In this document: piece by piece, positions 52,350 to 64,000 of the stretch
How the letters are laid out: each line of letters opens with the position of its first letter
Numbering within the stretch: the first letter of the stretch is position 1
Source of the DNA: Marsupella aquatica
Taxonomy: Eukaryota > Plantae > Marchantiophyta
Assembly (NCBI GenBank): GCA_973895155.1
Contig: OZ316892.1
Location: forward strand, 19,073,457 to 19,137,456
Reading direction: 5' to 3'
DNA length: 64,000 nucleotides
Notes under the pieces: generated by a model
What the model saw: the letters and a program-made list of their open reading frames with translations, nothing else
The model's database searches: none
What the model was told of the DNA's origin: nothing
Translations under genes and position numbers: made by a program

Positions 52350-54590
52350 AGGGTTTCCAATGAGCCTCGAATTGACAATTTTTGTCAAGTTCTAAATTAG
52401 TTTTTGAATATCTTTGTCTTTCCAATGAGTGTGACAATAATAAATTTTGATCATGAGTTCATGATTTCTTTTAGTTTTTCAACATTGAGTCCAACATTGA
52501 CAAGTTTCATGCCAGATTTTGTCACGGTACAAAAGAGATCATGAGGTTTTCAATCTCTCTAGCTTTCTAATGTGTGACATTGGAAGTATTCGTCAAGAAT
52601 TAGAGAGATCATAAGAGTCCAAATTTCTCTAGATTTCCAATGAACTTAACATTGATAGATTTTGTCAAGTACTAAGGAGATGATGAGTTTCTAATTTTGC
52701 TCTAGCTTAGTTTCCAATGAGTGTGACATTGAGAGATTTTATCAAGATAGTACTAAAGAGTCATGAGTTTCTAAAATATGATCTTGAGTTTTCTGATGAA
52801 TCTAACATTGACACATTTTATCAAGTCGTAAGGAGATCGATTATTTTTGCAATGTGGAGCCAAAGGGTTTCTAACTACGGACATTTCTATGTATTAGTTT
52901 TTTAAATTTTGCAAACAATTATAAAATACAAACATTTTGATGCAAAACACTGATATATCATTGACAAACATTAGAATGGTAACTTTATTTTACTAAATGA
53001 CATTTCTTCCTTTCTATTCTATTTTTTCATGTTCAATATTTACGGCATGGCATCCCAAAAATTATGTTTCTTTTGCCACAAACAGGAATGTGCCCTTTTG
53101 TTACTGTCATAATTAAGATATTTCTTGTTTGTGACTGGTTGTGCTGATGTGGCACAACCCTCATGACAGGGAATTTGCAAGGGACCTCTCATGGGGGTCC
53201 GTAATGAACTCAATTTCACAAGGCATTGGAGTTTTCCTACTCACTGCCTTGAGATTCTAAGGCATTAATAGTTTGTATAGTGATTATTGACTTGTAGGAA
53301 CGATGTTGCATAATAAAAATTTTAAGAGAGGATTGCTCATATTACAAGGAACGGAATAATTTTTCCCTTGTGAAGCTGAAGAATATGTAATTTGTGGGAG
53401 CTTTTGTTGCAGAATCCTGTGTATCAGAGAGCATTGCTCTTGTTAAATGAGTGTACTAATGTTGCCAATGTGGAGCTGAGTAAAGACAATTGTAATTTGC
53501 AGGAGAGTTGTTGCGGACTCATGTTTTCATAGAGCATCGCTCTTGTTATAAGAAGAGTACTGACATTTTTTATTTGTCACTGCTCAGCTACCAGAGATTT
53601 TCATTTACAAAACTGTTGTTGCAAAAATCCTATTTTGCACAGGACACTGCTCTTCTTACAAATGCTTTGAGTATTTGTTTTTGCTGCAGATCTATCAGAA
53701 ATCTTGTTTTTCAGAGCATTTTGAGTACCTTGCCGCTGCAAAGATACCACATATTGTAATTGTACATACAAAATGTGAACCGTCAATCCAATCCATCCAG
53801 GATCACACTTGTTTGACTTTTAGTTGCACACCATCCCCTAAATATGCCACTCGAGCTTCATCGGATATCTTCCTCTCCCTCGCTATTGAGATTTTGGGCG
53901 TCTTCGTCATCAGTTTGATGGGATTTTTCGACAGGCTGCTTGTGATATCGACCGACAGATTGGTCCCTTCGGACCCCCACTATCCATCTTGACCACTCAC
54001 TTTTTTCAGCACATTTCAGTGGCCTTAGAATATGCCCAGCTCGAGCCATTTATCCTTGATCCGTCACAGTGGCCGCCATTGTGCCTCAACAGGCGCTAGC
54101 CCGCCTCCATTACATTCCGGTCCATTTAGTTAGGACATTGGATGTGGCCTATTAGCTCTTGTCACATTTTCCAATGTGAACTTTAGTCCTTGAGTTTGCA
54201 CTCATGGAGTGTTTGACACTGAATTAGCAATCTTCTTCAGATTTTAGGATTGCACTTGCTTTTCTTTTTCCTTGTTTGGTGGTAGTCCTCTTTGGAACTC
54301 TTTTTCTTTCCTTTCATTGTACTTTGTGTTTTTCTCCTGATTTATAAACTTTGGTTTCACCCTAAGTACCCTAAAGGAAACGGAGGTAAAGCGCCGATGA
54401 GAATTTTTAACTTTCACCGTCCAGTTGCAACCACATTCTCTCATGATTAGGTGTAAAGGGCAAACCTCCTTGTCACAGGGTAAAGAGCCAATGAGAATTT
54501 TTAGCTTTCACCGTCAAGTTGCAACCACATTCTCTCATGATTACGTGTAAAGGGTCAACCTCCTTGTCACAGTCCATGGGGATGGACACA
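52350..54590. repeat. Third copy of the dispersed AT-rich repeat family
   Basis: Contains a TTTCCAATGA...ACATTGA...TTTTGTCAAG array (52350-52830), a GCTCTTGTTA array (53330-53740) and a duplicated CTCATGATTA(G/C)GTGTAAAGGG...CCTTGTCACAG (54400-54585). Confidence 0.65.
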
Positions 54591-55561
54591 ACGCAACACC
54601 CTTTCCCAGCTTTAGCTTGGAAAAATACGAGGACAAAATAACTTGAAAATAAGAGGACAATGACTCTGAATAAATAAATCCTCTATATTCAAAACAGCCG
54701 TTATCTACTTTAATGGATTCACTCTAGATTATTGATCGATAGACCACAGACGTTTCAGGCTAGACTAGAGACCCATTAAAGTAGCTTTTCACTCTAGATT
54801 ATAGACCAACTCTAAAAGCTTTGCACTCTAGACTATAGATACCATAAAGTAGCTTTGCTAATACTAGACGAGGAGAACCGAAAGGCTACCCTATTGGCTC
54901 CCCTTTTTTAATTATTTACTACTTAGGTGAGGAGAATCTAGGCTGAATTCTATAAGTATAAGCTATCTGAAGTTAGTAATATATAAAACACCAAAGAAAG
55001 AAGGCACCATCGCTGAAGACAAGGTCACAAAGACAAGAAACCCAATAAATAGTGGGAGAAAACAGAGCAAACAGCATTCACTTTAGAGCCTTCAACGACA
55101 AAATGGAAAACAGGGCCCAACAGCATTCACCTTAGAGCCTTGGAACGACAAAATGGAAACCACTTCACACAAAAGGCATTTTATTCCATATCCAAGAGGT
55201 CACCCTCTGAAAGCCCATTCCCAGATTGATCAAAGAGGAGGCTGCTAAACGCTCTTAAACCACCACTAGCCATAAATAATAATACCGTTTCCCTGAAATT
55301 GTGGAAAAGTGGCACAGGAGAGGAGAAGAATGAGTGGAATGTGAAAATGGGAGTCTTGCACACTTCCCCTTTTATATGGCTAGTGACAGTTCAAAAACAC
55401 AAGGCAGTCAATAACAGCAAACAAAGGTTCCAGTGTTTGATCACGCCTTGCTCATTCCCTTGCATTCATGGGTGGGCCTTTCCAGGATGAGGCCGCCAGC
55501 ATCACATCATGCAAATGCAAAGAAATCAAAAGCAAAGAAATCAAGCCCGCTTACTAGGAAA

Positions 55562-55563
<2 letters not shown>

Positions 55564-55602
<39 letters not shown>
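55564..55602. repeat. (CA)n microsatellite
   Basis: About 19 CA units are directly visible. Confidence 0.95.
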
Positions 55603-55604
<2 letters not shown>

Positions 55605-56433
55605 TGATAAGCTGAGAAGTGTCAAGTCTGTCTCTATCAAGCAATCTGAACTTATTGGTAAAGAATTACCCTCCATCTACCTGCTCTTCTTCTTCTTCTA
55701 TTATTTCCCCCCAAGGAAACATTAAGTTGTGTGACTAACTGTTCACCGTAGTTACTGTCATGCAAGAATTAGTGGTAGTAACACTGACCCCACTTTTCTT
55801 TCAAGTGTTCGTAAAAAGGGTGATCTTGAGTCCAAATTAACACCTTGATTAACACTAATTCTTTTCAAGTTTTCAAAATAGTTTGTCTCACACTATTTTT
55901 CACTCTTGACATAAATAGTGTTATAACTGGATTAGTGTGAGTAACAATAATTCATGAGTAGAGCCCCAGATTCTTCGCTATTAAATTAGTGTGAGGTATA
56001 TCTTGTAAACAATCTGCATTTATCTCCTTCGCAGATTTTCCACATAATTTTGGGGGGTTTTAAATTTTTTTACCAAGTGCCTGTGACGTGTATAACGTGT
56101 ATTGAATAGATCTGATGTGTTAAGTGTCATTCTGGAATAAAATCTGATACGTTAACTAATAAGATAAGCAACGTAGCCTTTTGTGCACCTTTCTGTTTTC
56201 TGTTTGTTTCTCTGCGGTTTCAGGAAGGGAGAACCGCCCATGCACATTCTTCTTTTCGGTTCAACAACGCTGCAAAGATAATGAAATTGAGACGTTGCAC
56301 TGGATTTAGGGTCAAAAAGATTAATTCTGGAATGACACTTTTTATGTGTGCATTAAACAATAATTGCTAAAACTATTTGAGAATTTTAAGCAAGAGAAAT
56401 TCACTATGATTCTTGGAAATCGTATTTGTGGGC

Positions 56434-56533
56434 TATTCAGATTAGGATTTTTAAAAATTTTTAAATTTTTAAATTTTATTCAGATTAGGATTTTTAAAAT
56501 TTTAAAATTTTAAAATTATTCAGATTAGGATTG
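56434..56533. repeat. AT-rich tandem repeat (about 41-43 bp x 2.4)
   Basis: TATTCAGATTAGGATT occurs three times, separated by TTTAAAA-type runs. Confidence 0.8.
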
Positions 56534-56734
56534 AGAGCCTATGATTAGATGTATTCAAAACTGAGGAGCAAATGACCATATATCTGTACTAAAAATCCAA
56601 GAGAACATTGAGAGACATGCTTCATGGACAGCCTGCATTAAAACTTTCCTTGATCAGCCCCCACAAGACATTATTTACAAAGTCAACCCTACAAAATATT
56701 TCTTCAATAGTGACATTTTGGATACTAGAGGGAT

Positions 56735-58030
56735 GAACCATGACTACAGGCATTTGACCCATAAACCTTTCTGAGTTGAACCGCAACTATGGGGTTTTCT
56801 ACCACAAACATTGTCTCTTCAACCACAGTTGTTGAATGGGGCTGGTGTCGTTGGGATGGGGCACTCATTATTGCGCCATCCAAACTACAAGATTAGGCTT
56901 ATTGCAAAGTGGAGACATTCATAAGAATGCGAGAGATATGCTTAGTAGACCCCCTTCTGGAAAAAGTTTGGTTAATCAACCCCCTCCATACTTTTCCCCA
57001 ATCTGGACCATTGATGGACCTTTCAATCTCAGATCTGGACCGTTGATAGACCTCAGGGGGTTGATCGTAACAAGTTTCATTTTGGGGGTCGATCAAGCAA
57101 ATACCTCTGGGAATGCCTTTCATTTTGTAAACTCCATTTGACATAGGCAATTTGCTCCCAGTAGGTCTTTTGAGGCTCAAGGTTTTACATGTTCCCACAG
57201 AATTTTCACTAGGCATGCATTTTGCACAGGCCTCTATGGTTCGTCTGGATTCTACCAAGAGTTTGACACTACATCCAAACTACATGAGTGTGCAAAAACT
57301 ACTCTTGAAGACAATCTCCATACTGTTTTCCAAAACCACCAGAGTTGGCCATTCACCCCCACCCAAGGACATGGATGAGCAAAAAGTACTGAGGTGAAGA
57401 AAATTGCTAAGTGTGCCCTAACGACAAACTCCATATTCTCTTCCAACACTACTAGTGTCAACCATTTAGCCCCTTAAGCCATGGGTGAGCAAATGTACTA
57501 TTGGTGGAGAAAAATGTTAAGTGTGATCTGAAGAAAATCTCCACATGCACAATGGACCCCATGCCAGTGATGACTCTCACAAAATATTGTTACAAAATTG
57601 GACCCCCTCGTAATGAGCCGTACAAGTGTTCTTGTAGAGGTTATTCTAAAGTGAGATTCTGGGTGCTAGGACCACTGATTGGGTGAACTGTGACAATAGC
57701 CTTTTGAACTTGCTTGTGACCCACAAAGTTTGCTTGGTTGAATTGTGACTACAGGGTTTCCAACCATAAACTATGCCCGGTCAAACCGCAGGCGTTGAAT
57801 GGGGTTGGTCGTCATTGTTGTTGTTGGGATAGGCCACTCATTACTAAGTTGTCCAATTGCAAGATATATTAGGGTAATCTCAAAGCGAAGACATTTCTGT
57901 AAATGCCTTCTGTTTTGTTAACTTCATTTGACAATTTGATATTTTGCTCCCAGTAGATGTTTTCAAGGTTGAAGGTTTTACAAGTTCCCATTGGATTTTC
58001 ATGAGGCTTGGGTTCTGCATGGGCTTGCAT
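56735..58030. repeat. Diverged direct duplication of a several-hundred-bp segment
   Basis: GACTACAGG...CCATAAAC...GTTGAATGGGG.TGGT...CACTCATTA and AATGCCTT...CATTTGACA...TTTGCTCCCAGTAG...AAGGTTT occur at about 56.74-57.23 kb and again at about 57.75-58.03 kb. Confidence 0.6.
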
Positions 58031-59175
58031 GGTGCGTGTGTGTGTGTATGTTCGTTCTGCCACATTTGAATCTATAGTAAAGTGAGGTATTCTCAGGACT
58101 GGCCCTAATTTGCTAAGTGTGCCCTAATTGATTTAGTAGTTGTCTTGAGGATTCATAAGATTCATAAGATCTTTAAGGATCTCTACTAATATACGATTAA
58201 TCAGACGATTAATCACTGTTAAATCGGGGTTAATCTTTAATCTCATGTGAATTCCTTGCATCTGGTGCAATCTTCTGAAAAAAAAAATTTGAAATATGAG
58301 AACATTCTTACACTTCAATGGGAGCTTTGATCGATTAGCGTAAGTATTTGCCTTTGGCTGGATTGCAGCTCAGAGAATTTGGTGTGTGCGTTTGCCTAAA
58401 ATACTACTTGGTCTACTCCTATCTTTTCACCGTCTTGTGCAGAAGCACTGAATGGCTTGACTTGGTGATACAGGATGTGAGAAACATCCTGCAGAGTGCC
58501 TGATGACGTTTCTGAGGATCCACTAGAGCACAGCTCCGAAGAGCAAAGCAATGTGAGCCCTCAGAAAAGTTCTTTCTCAACTCATCTGCTCGGGCTTTCG
58601 CACAGCCACAGGCACATCGACCAAGTAAGCTTGAATGTCATCCACTAGATTGGCAGTTTTGAACTTGCAGTCCAAAGACAAATCAGAACATATAAAACAA
58701 CGTTTTAATGAAAATACACGGCTCATTGCCACGTTTACAACATTTCGAGCACTATACTAGCATCTATTGAGCATCTAAATGACATGTACTCGATCCCAAG
58801 CTATTTCTACAGAAACGGGCAGCAGGAATTACAACGAAGCAAGAGCCTGAGATTGGGCTCCGGCCACTATTCGTAGCAGGTTATCTATATGGATTGTGCA
58901 CATACACTGCTATATGTTTTCCTACCTAAAAGGTTGCCAATCAACCACCATCCGGTGCGTATCCTAAATGAATATGAAGCCATAAACAGGCCAAACAATT
59001 GCTTACATTTTTCTTGAGACAACTAAGTAGCGACGTGTCTCCATAGGGGCCAAGGCTTCTTAGAAAAAGCACCCAAACCCAATCTGGCTTAGGCACTCAA
59101 TATGCTCCCCTACGGCCATAATTCTTTGCTATATATCCCATCTCCAACTGGGAGGGATGTCCCATAAAAGCATTT

Positions 59176-62100
59176 TTATACACTCCCTGTATCTTCAGAT
59201 GAAAGAGGCCTTGGAACCTTGCTACGCACCCTCTTTGGAATCTGAAATTCACTAGTATTTGTGGGAGAGTCATCCTGCAAAAAAGCAGAAGAATATTTGC
59301 TGAGCAAGAATGGTAGAGATTCAATTAAACTAAATCAGATTTTATAGCTTTGAATGCTAGTCTTGGAAGGTGTGGCCCTGCACAGGATTGTCCTTTGTGA
59401 TAACAACCGCACCACTTGGAATGCGTCACAGCGGACAGATACAACAACATTGGGAGGAGAAGAGATACTTACTTTGCTAGATCCCTTTGAACGTTCGTCG
59501 TCATCAAAGGACCTTGACCCAGACGGCCTCCAGTTCATGTTCCCTGAAGGCAGTTGCTCTTCAGTAGCCATAACTGCCTCATAATTTGCATAATCTGGGG
59601 TTGGCTGGGGAAAATAATCTGGGATCTGCTGGGGAAGGTAATCTGGGATCGGTTGGGGAATATAATCTGGGGTTGGCTGGGGTATATAGGCTTGTTCTTC
59701 ATGCTCCGCATTCTCTCCTGAGGGAGAGGAGACATATCGTGATGTCTCTGCCGCAACTTGTCTTGAACGCCCTGGACGTAACGCTGTATTACTGTTTTTG
59801 CCAGTCCTTAGTGATTGCCGGACTTGATAAAGAGGAGTGTCATCATCTTCATCATCTCCGCCTTCGTGATCATTGTTATCAGACTCCGACATAGGTTCCT
59901 CTTCCAGCTCATCGCTACTAGTGTCATGACCCTCAAACAGAGTTTTGCCTTGAATTCCCTTCTTCTTCATCCGCCGCCTTGTTTGTCGAGGTGCTGCAGC
60001 AGCCTCTCTTTCACCAGCGAGCAGCACTGTAAGGAGAATGGATCAGCATCTACAAATGTAAGTCCATCCGAAATTTATCATATTACATGTTGCCATGATT
60101 CTTAGGACATGCTCAACGACAACAAAACGCACCACTCAAGAACACTTTGATTGCGAATCAGAACCACAAGGGAAGCAAAGTATGCACTACCATTTCCATC
60201 CTGTCTGGCACTTTTCTCATTCAGGATTTCAACGAAATTAAAAAATGGTCGCCATCCACTGGGATCCTGATCAGTATCGATTCCCCTCACTCTTGGTACA
60301 ATATCTGCAAGGCTGAGACAAGGAAAGAAAGATGGTTATGCAACTACGGAATCGATTCAATTTTCTTTTCTAGTTAAGTAGGCTTGCAATCAGTTGCACT
60401 AAGTACCTCATGCCCAGGGAAGCAAAGACAACAATATAACAGTGGTTAAGAAGATACTTGTCACTGTGTGAGTGAAAGAATTGAGGAAACACTTACATTT
60501 CTCGGATATCTACAGGCGGCAGCTTGAGAGCAAATTGAATAACACCACCTTCAAGAAACGACAATTGTCTGGGAGCATCGAAGAAAGCGTAGTCGATGCC
60601 CCCTTTAACAATGCTAAGTATGCTTGGCCGGTATTTTGCTCTTGCCATTCCTAAGAACGTGCTTGACAGTCGGCTTGCAAGATCCTTGCAAGACGCAAAT
60701 GAGGGACTTCTCGACAAGTCTTCATCGCTACCAGAAACCTCGTTGAGATGTCGCTCATATGCCTAAATAACATGAATAATCAATAAGATAGGATACAATG
60801 ACGAACACGTTCAAGAAAGTAACTGTTCACAGTTGCAACAACCACCGACATCAAAACGGGCGATCAAAGAAAAGACTGACACATTTCTCAGCTTCCTAGG
60901 ATAAATGCATGCACAAGGAGAACGAGTGATCATTGGAAAGTATAAGAATAGCATCTATATCAACATCTATGGACTCAACTTACTCGCTTCATAGCATTTA
61001 GATACAGGGCGGACAAGTCTTCAGACTGCATCTGCAACTTTACTTTTGCCAATAAGTGCTTCACAGTATCGGCAACCGTTTTCCCATGCAGCACGTAATG
61101 TGACAAGATTTCTGGTCCCAGAAAATCCTACGTACACAACATCCGAAGGCTCCATAAACTCAATGAAGGAATACTTTGCAGAAACCAAGGTTAACGACTT
61201 GGACTCAGAGCAAGCATAGACGCCAACAGGATTCAGATGGTGACTCTGGGCTCAGTAGTGCTCGAGACCGCCGGCTCAAAGGCAATTGAAAAACAATAGA
61301 AAACGTATGCCCGGTCTTTAATTAAACTAACATCTACGTCACGGGAAGCCTTGCACAGCATTCATTTCTCATATGGTATTTCCGAAAAAACTAAGGGAAA
61401 ACAAGAGACAAGACAACTCAATACCTTTGGTACCATGTCATGGGCAATGAGCTTAGCAGCTGCAGTCATGACCATGTCTTTCTCATTCAAAAACTCAGCA
61501 TGTAGTCCGTCTGTAACTTCCTCATCATTGTCATCTGTTCAAGATGTGAGATGTCAACTCCAAGAGTGGCGTTCTAAGCAGCAATATATGCAAGGCTTCT
61601 CCCAATTTTGCGAAACTCAGCACTTTTGCTATCATCAAACTAACACAAGATTGAGAATCTTAGAACGCAGAATGGTAAGACTAGCGACACCATTGTCAAT
61701 ACATGTCAATCTACTTATGAGTTTGCTCGAACATTTCTTCGTGTCAATGGCATCAGGGGACCACAGAACGATATTGCAGGAGAGAATATGGATTAGTCTC
61801 GTAGGAGCACATATCCTGCATTTAATGAGCTAAAGATCATATATAAGGTTTTGCGAGATATACCAGTAGATATAAGAATGTTCTCGCAAAGCTTCCAAAA
61901 CTGCCGAAGAACATTATCTGGAGGACAGAATCCCAATGACTGGATCTTGGTATTAGCTAACTTTTTTTCACTAAAGAGACGCCAAATATCTGCTAGAATG
62001 AAACATATCTGTTACAATACAAAAGCCATTATTAGTAAACCCCAAAACCCAGAGTTTAATTAACAACACGTGAGAGAATGCTGTGGAACAGTAATGGCTC

Positions 62101-63946
62101 TGCCGCAGATACCGTAGAACAGATCTAGTAAGAAATAAACGTAGCAGAAGACTACTCACAGTGCAGCTCAGTGTATTCTGAGTGTATCCTTGTTCAAAAT
62201 TGTCAAGCACGGAATCCATAGCCATGTAGAGCTGCTGAATGAATCTGGCCCTCGTTGCAAGTAATGAAGCCAATGCAGAATCATCAGGGTTCTGTGGATC
62301 GATGGCTCTCAAAGACCACGCAATGTGAACAAAGAGGTTTAGGAAGATAAGGCGACCAACCTGCAGGTTCACAAGTAAGGACTTACGAATGGGTGAAAAG
62401 GAGCCAGTACTCAAATGCAGAACTTCAGACTTTTGCGTTGGAAATTCAATCAAATATTCATGTTAAATAGGACCAACGTTGTAGACCGAGGGTGCAATAT
62501 TTGGCCTCAAAATAGCTTCGAAAGCAAAGTTCCTTGCCAAATACAGCACTCCTGTTTCGCATAACAGCACCCAGATCACCATGACACATGTCTTTCAACA
62601 AATAGCAGTTCAGTTAGCGATGGTATCTTGTGCTGAATTCAGCTGTCTATGGAATACTATAGTTTGCATATTCTACCCACCATGCTCAGACTGCCTCCTC
62701 GGAGCAAGCACATACCTCATCGTCCAAATTACTAAACTCTTCAAGAAGATTAAGCATTTCTCCAAATAGACCATCATCGAACACATTCACAGCCGAATGC
62801 AGATAATACATTCTTCTTAGGTTGACTGTCAATGAATAATCATCATCTTCCTGCGACAAGTGAACGAAGAAAACAATTTCAGAACTTGAATAGAGCATCC
62901 CATCGTGGTGTGGATAAACTCGATGAGCAGTAGCTAACACACACAAGGAACCAACGTTTAGCAGACACTTGTTGGATGTGTAATTACCCCTGCTTGTTCC
63001 ATTGCAGATCTCAGCTTTGAAGCCAGCTCATCAATTGTTTCCTTCAGTAAGTGCTGTGCAGAGTCTTGTAGATCTGCATGGCTTTCATTGGCAGCAAAAG
63101 CCAGAGACTTGACACAAGCTTTCAGTGTGATACTGTCTCCGTGCTTGAAGAAGCCATCCTTTATGAGTTGTAACGCTGTTGCAAAGCTCTGACAACAGCA
63201 TCTTGCAAGTGAGTTTAGTTCAGCTTTCTGAAAGCTTTCCCAAGTCAACCACGAGAGGAAAGTCTACTCATTACTACCGAATTACTACCTAAACTTGATG
63301 CATAATATCACAAGCCCTGTCATCCTGAGAACTCAGAACCATCACTAATTTCAAACGACTAGCCAAATTTTACCGTCTCTCTCCGTTGCAGAGAATATAG
63401 TTCCAAGTTCATGTGGAGAATGATGTCAACAAGGCCAGGTACTTTCGCTTGGTCAACAAGATACTTCCTCAAAAGTTTGGTGAGAGATTTTATCATCACC
63501 ATGGTCATCTCTTTCTTGTTAGCCTCTAACAAGTCCTGCAGCAGACAAAGCCCTATGAAAAATCTAAAACCCAATACTGAACTATGTGAAGAATTGAGAA
63601 CAACAGAAATCAGCGGACGAGAAACTAAAGGATCCTACGGAAAGGAACACAACATCGCTTAAGATACTAATATTAAACGGCACCGGCAACTTCACATAGT
63701 TCGCGTAGCTCTATGCCGGTGAGAGACTCAAATGTTACATTGCACCAAAGATAGTTTGAGCTTTGAACATGCCTTTTGTGCTTTTGTTAATGATACTTTA
63801 CGATGATCACTTGTGGGCACAATTTTCTCGCCAATCGACTTCTTCACTGATGCTGAAAGAACCCTCACAAGATTTGTTGCATCTCCATCAATGAGTTCAT
63901 CACTAGGGCGTTCGTCCAGTAACATCGCAGTCATGCACTTCCAATC
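59176..63946 (-). CDS. SCC3: Sister chromatid cohesion protein SCC3 (stromalin/STAG), 3' portion; gene continues beyond the window
   Basis: Exons: 63946-63773, 63535-63374, 63188-62988, 62850-62716, 62360-62160, 62008-61864, 61534-61425, 61127-60984, 60762-60497, 60312-60191, 60026-59473, 59274-59176. Peptides DWKCMTAMLLD...KKSIGEKIVPTSDHRK, MNLELYSLQR, FFKHGD, CKDLASRLSSTFLG and DPSGWRPF match plant SCC3. Confidence 0.92.
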
Positions 63947-64000
63947 CTGTGATGGGAAAGCAGGGATAAGGATGTCAAACAATGAATACTCGGCAGTTAC

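Noticed and set aside
54900-55620. Possible MIRNA or small-peptide gene near the TATA-like motif and (CA)n
   Set aside because: I recognised no conserved plant miRNA sequence or convincing long hairpin by eye.

Overview
Eukaryotic nuclear DNA from a land plant. A spore-bearing lineage such as a bryophyte is inferred from the intron-rich genes and a cilia-type LRRIQ1-like gene. Five host genes were assembled by hand from splice sites: a 21-exon PqqL-like M16 zinc protease (+, 3063-11012), an intronless V-ATPase subunit D with an unusually long C-terminal tail (-, 13187-14137), a BPA1-like RRM protein (+, 25641-27943), a large LRR/IQ protein resembling LRRIQ1 (-, about 30.0-39.5 kb), and the 3' half of cohesin subunit SCC3 (-, 59176 to beyond the window end). 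Intergenic DNA holds a PIF/Harbinger transposon with both termini but dead ORFs (42725-45967; 25-bp TIRs, TAA TSD), a long foldback element (about 21475-23803) with a 5'-truncated LINE nested in one arm, a dispersed AT-rich repeat family, several minisatellites, and unidentified gene-like relics at 40-50 kb. No rRNA, tRNA or CRISPR features were found. I found no clearly new multi-gene system. The best leads are the dehydrin-S-segment-like tail on V-ATPase D and the helical-repeat block in the LRRIQ1-like protein.
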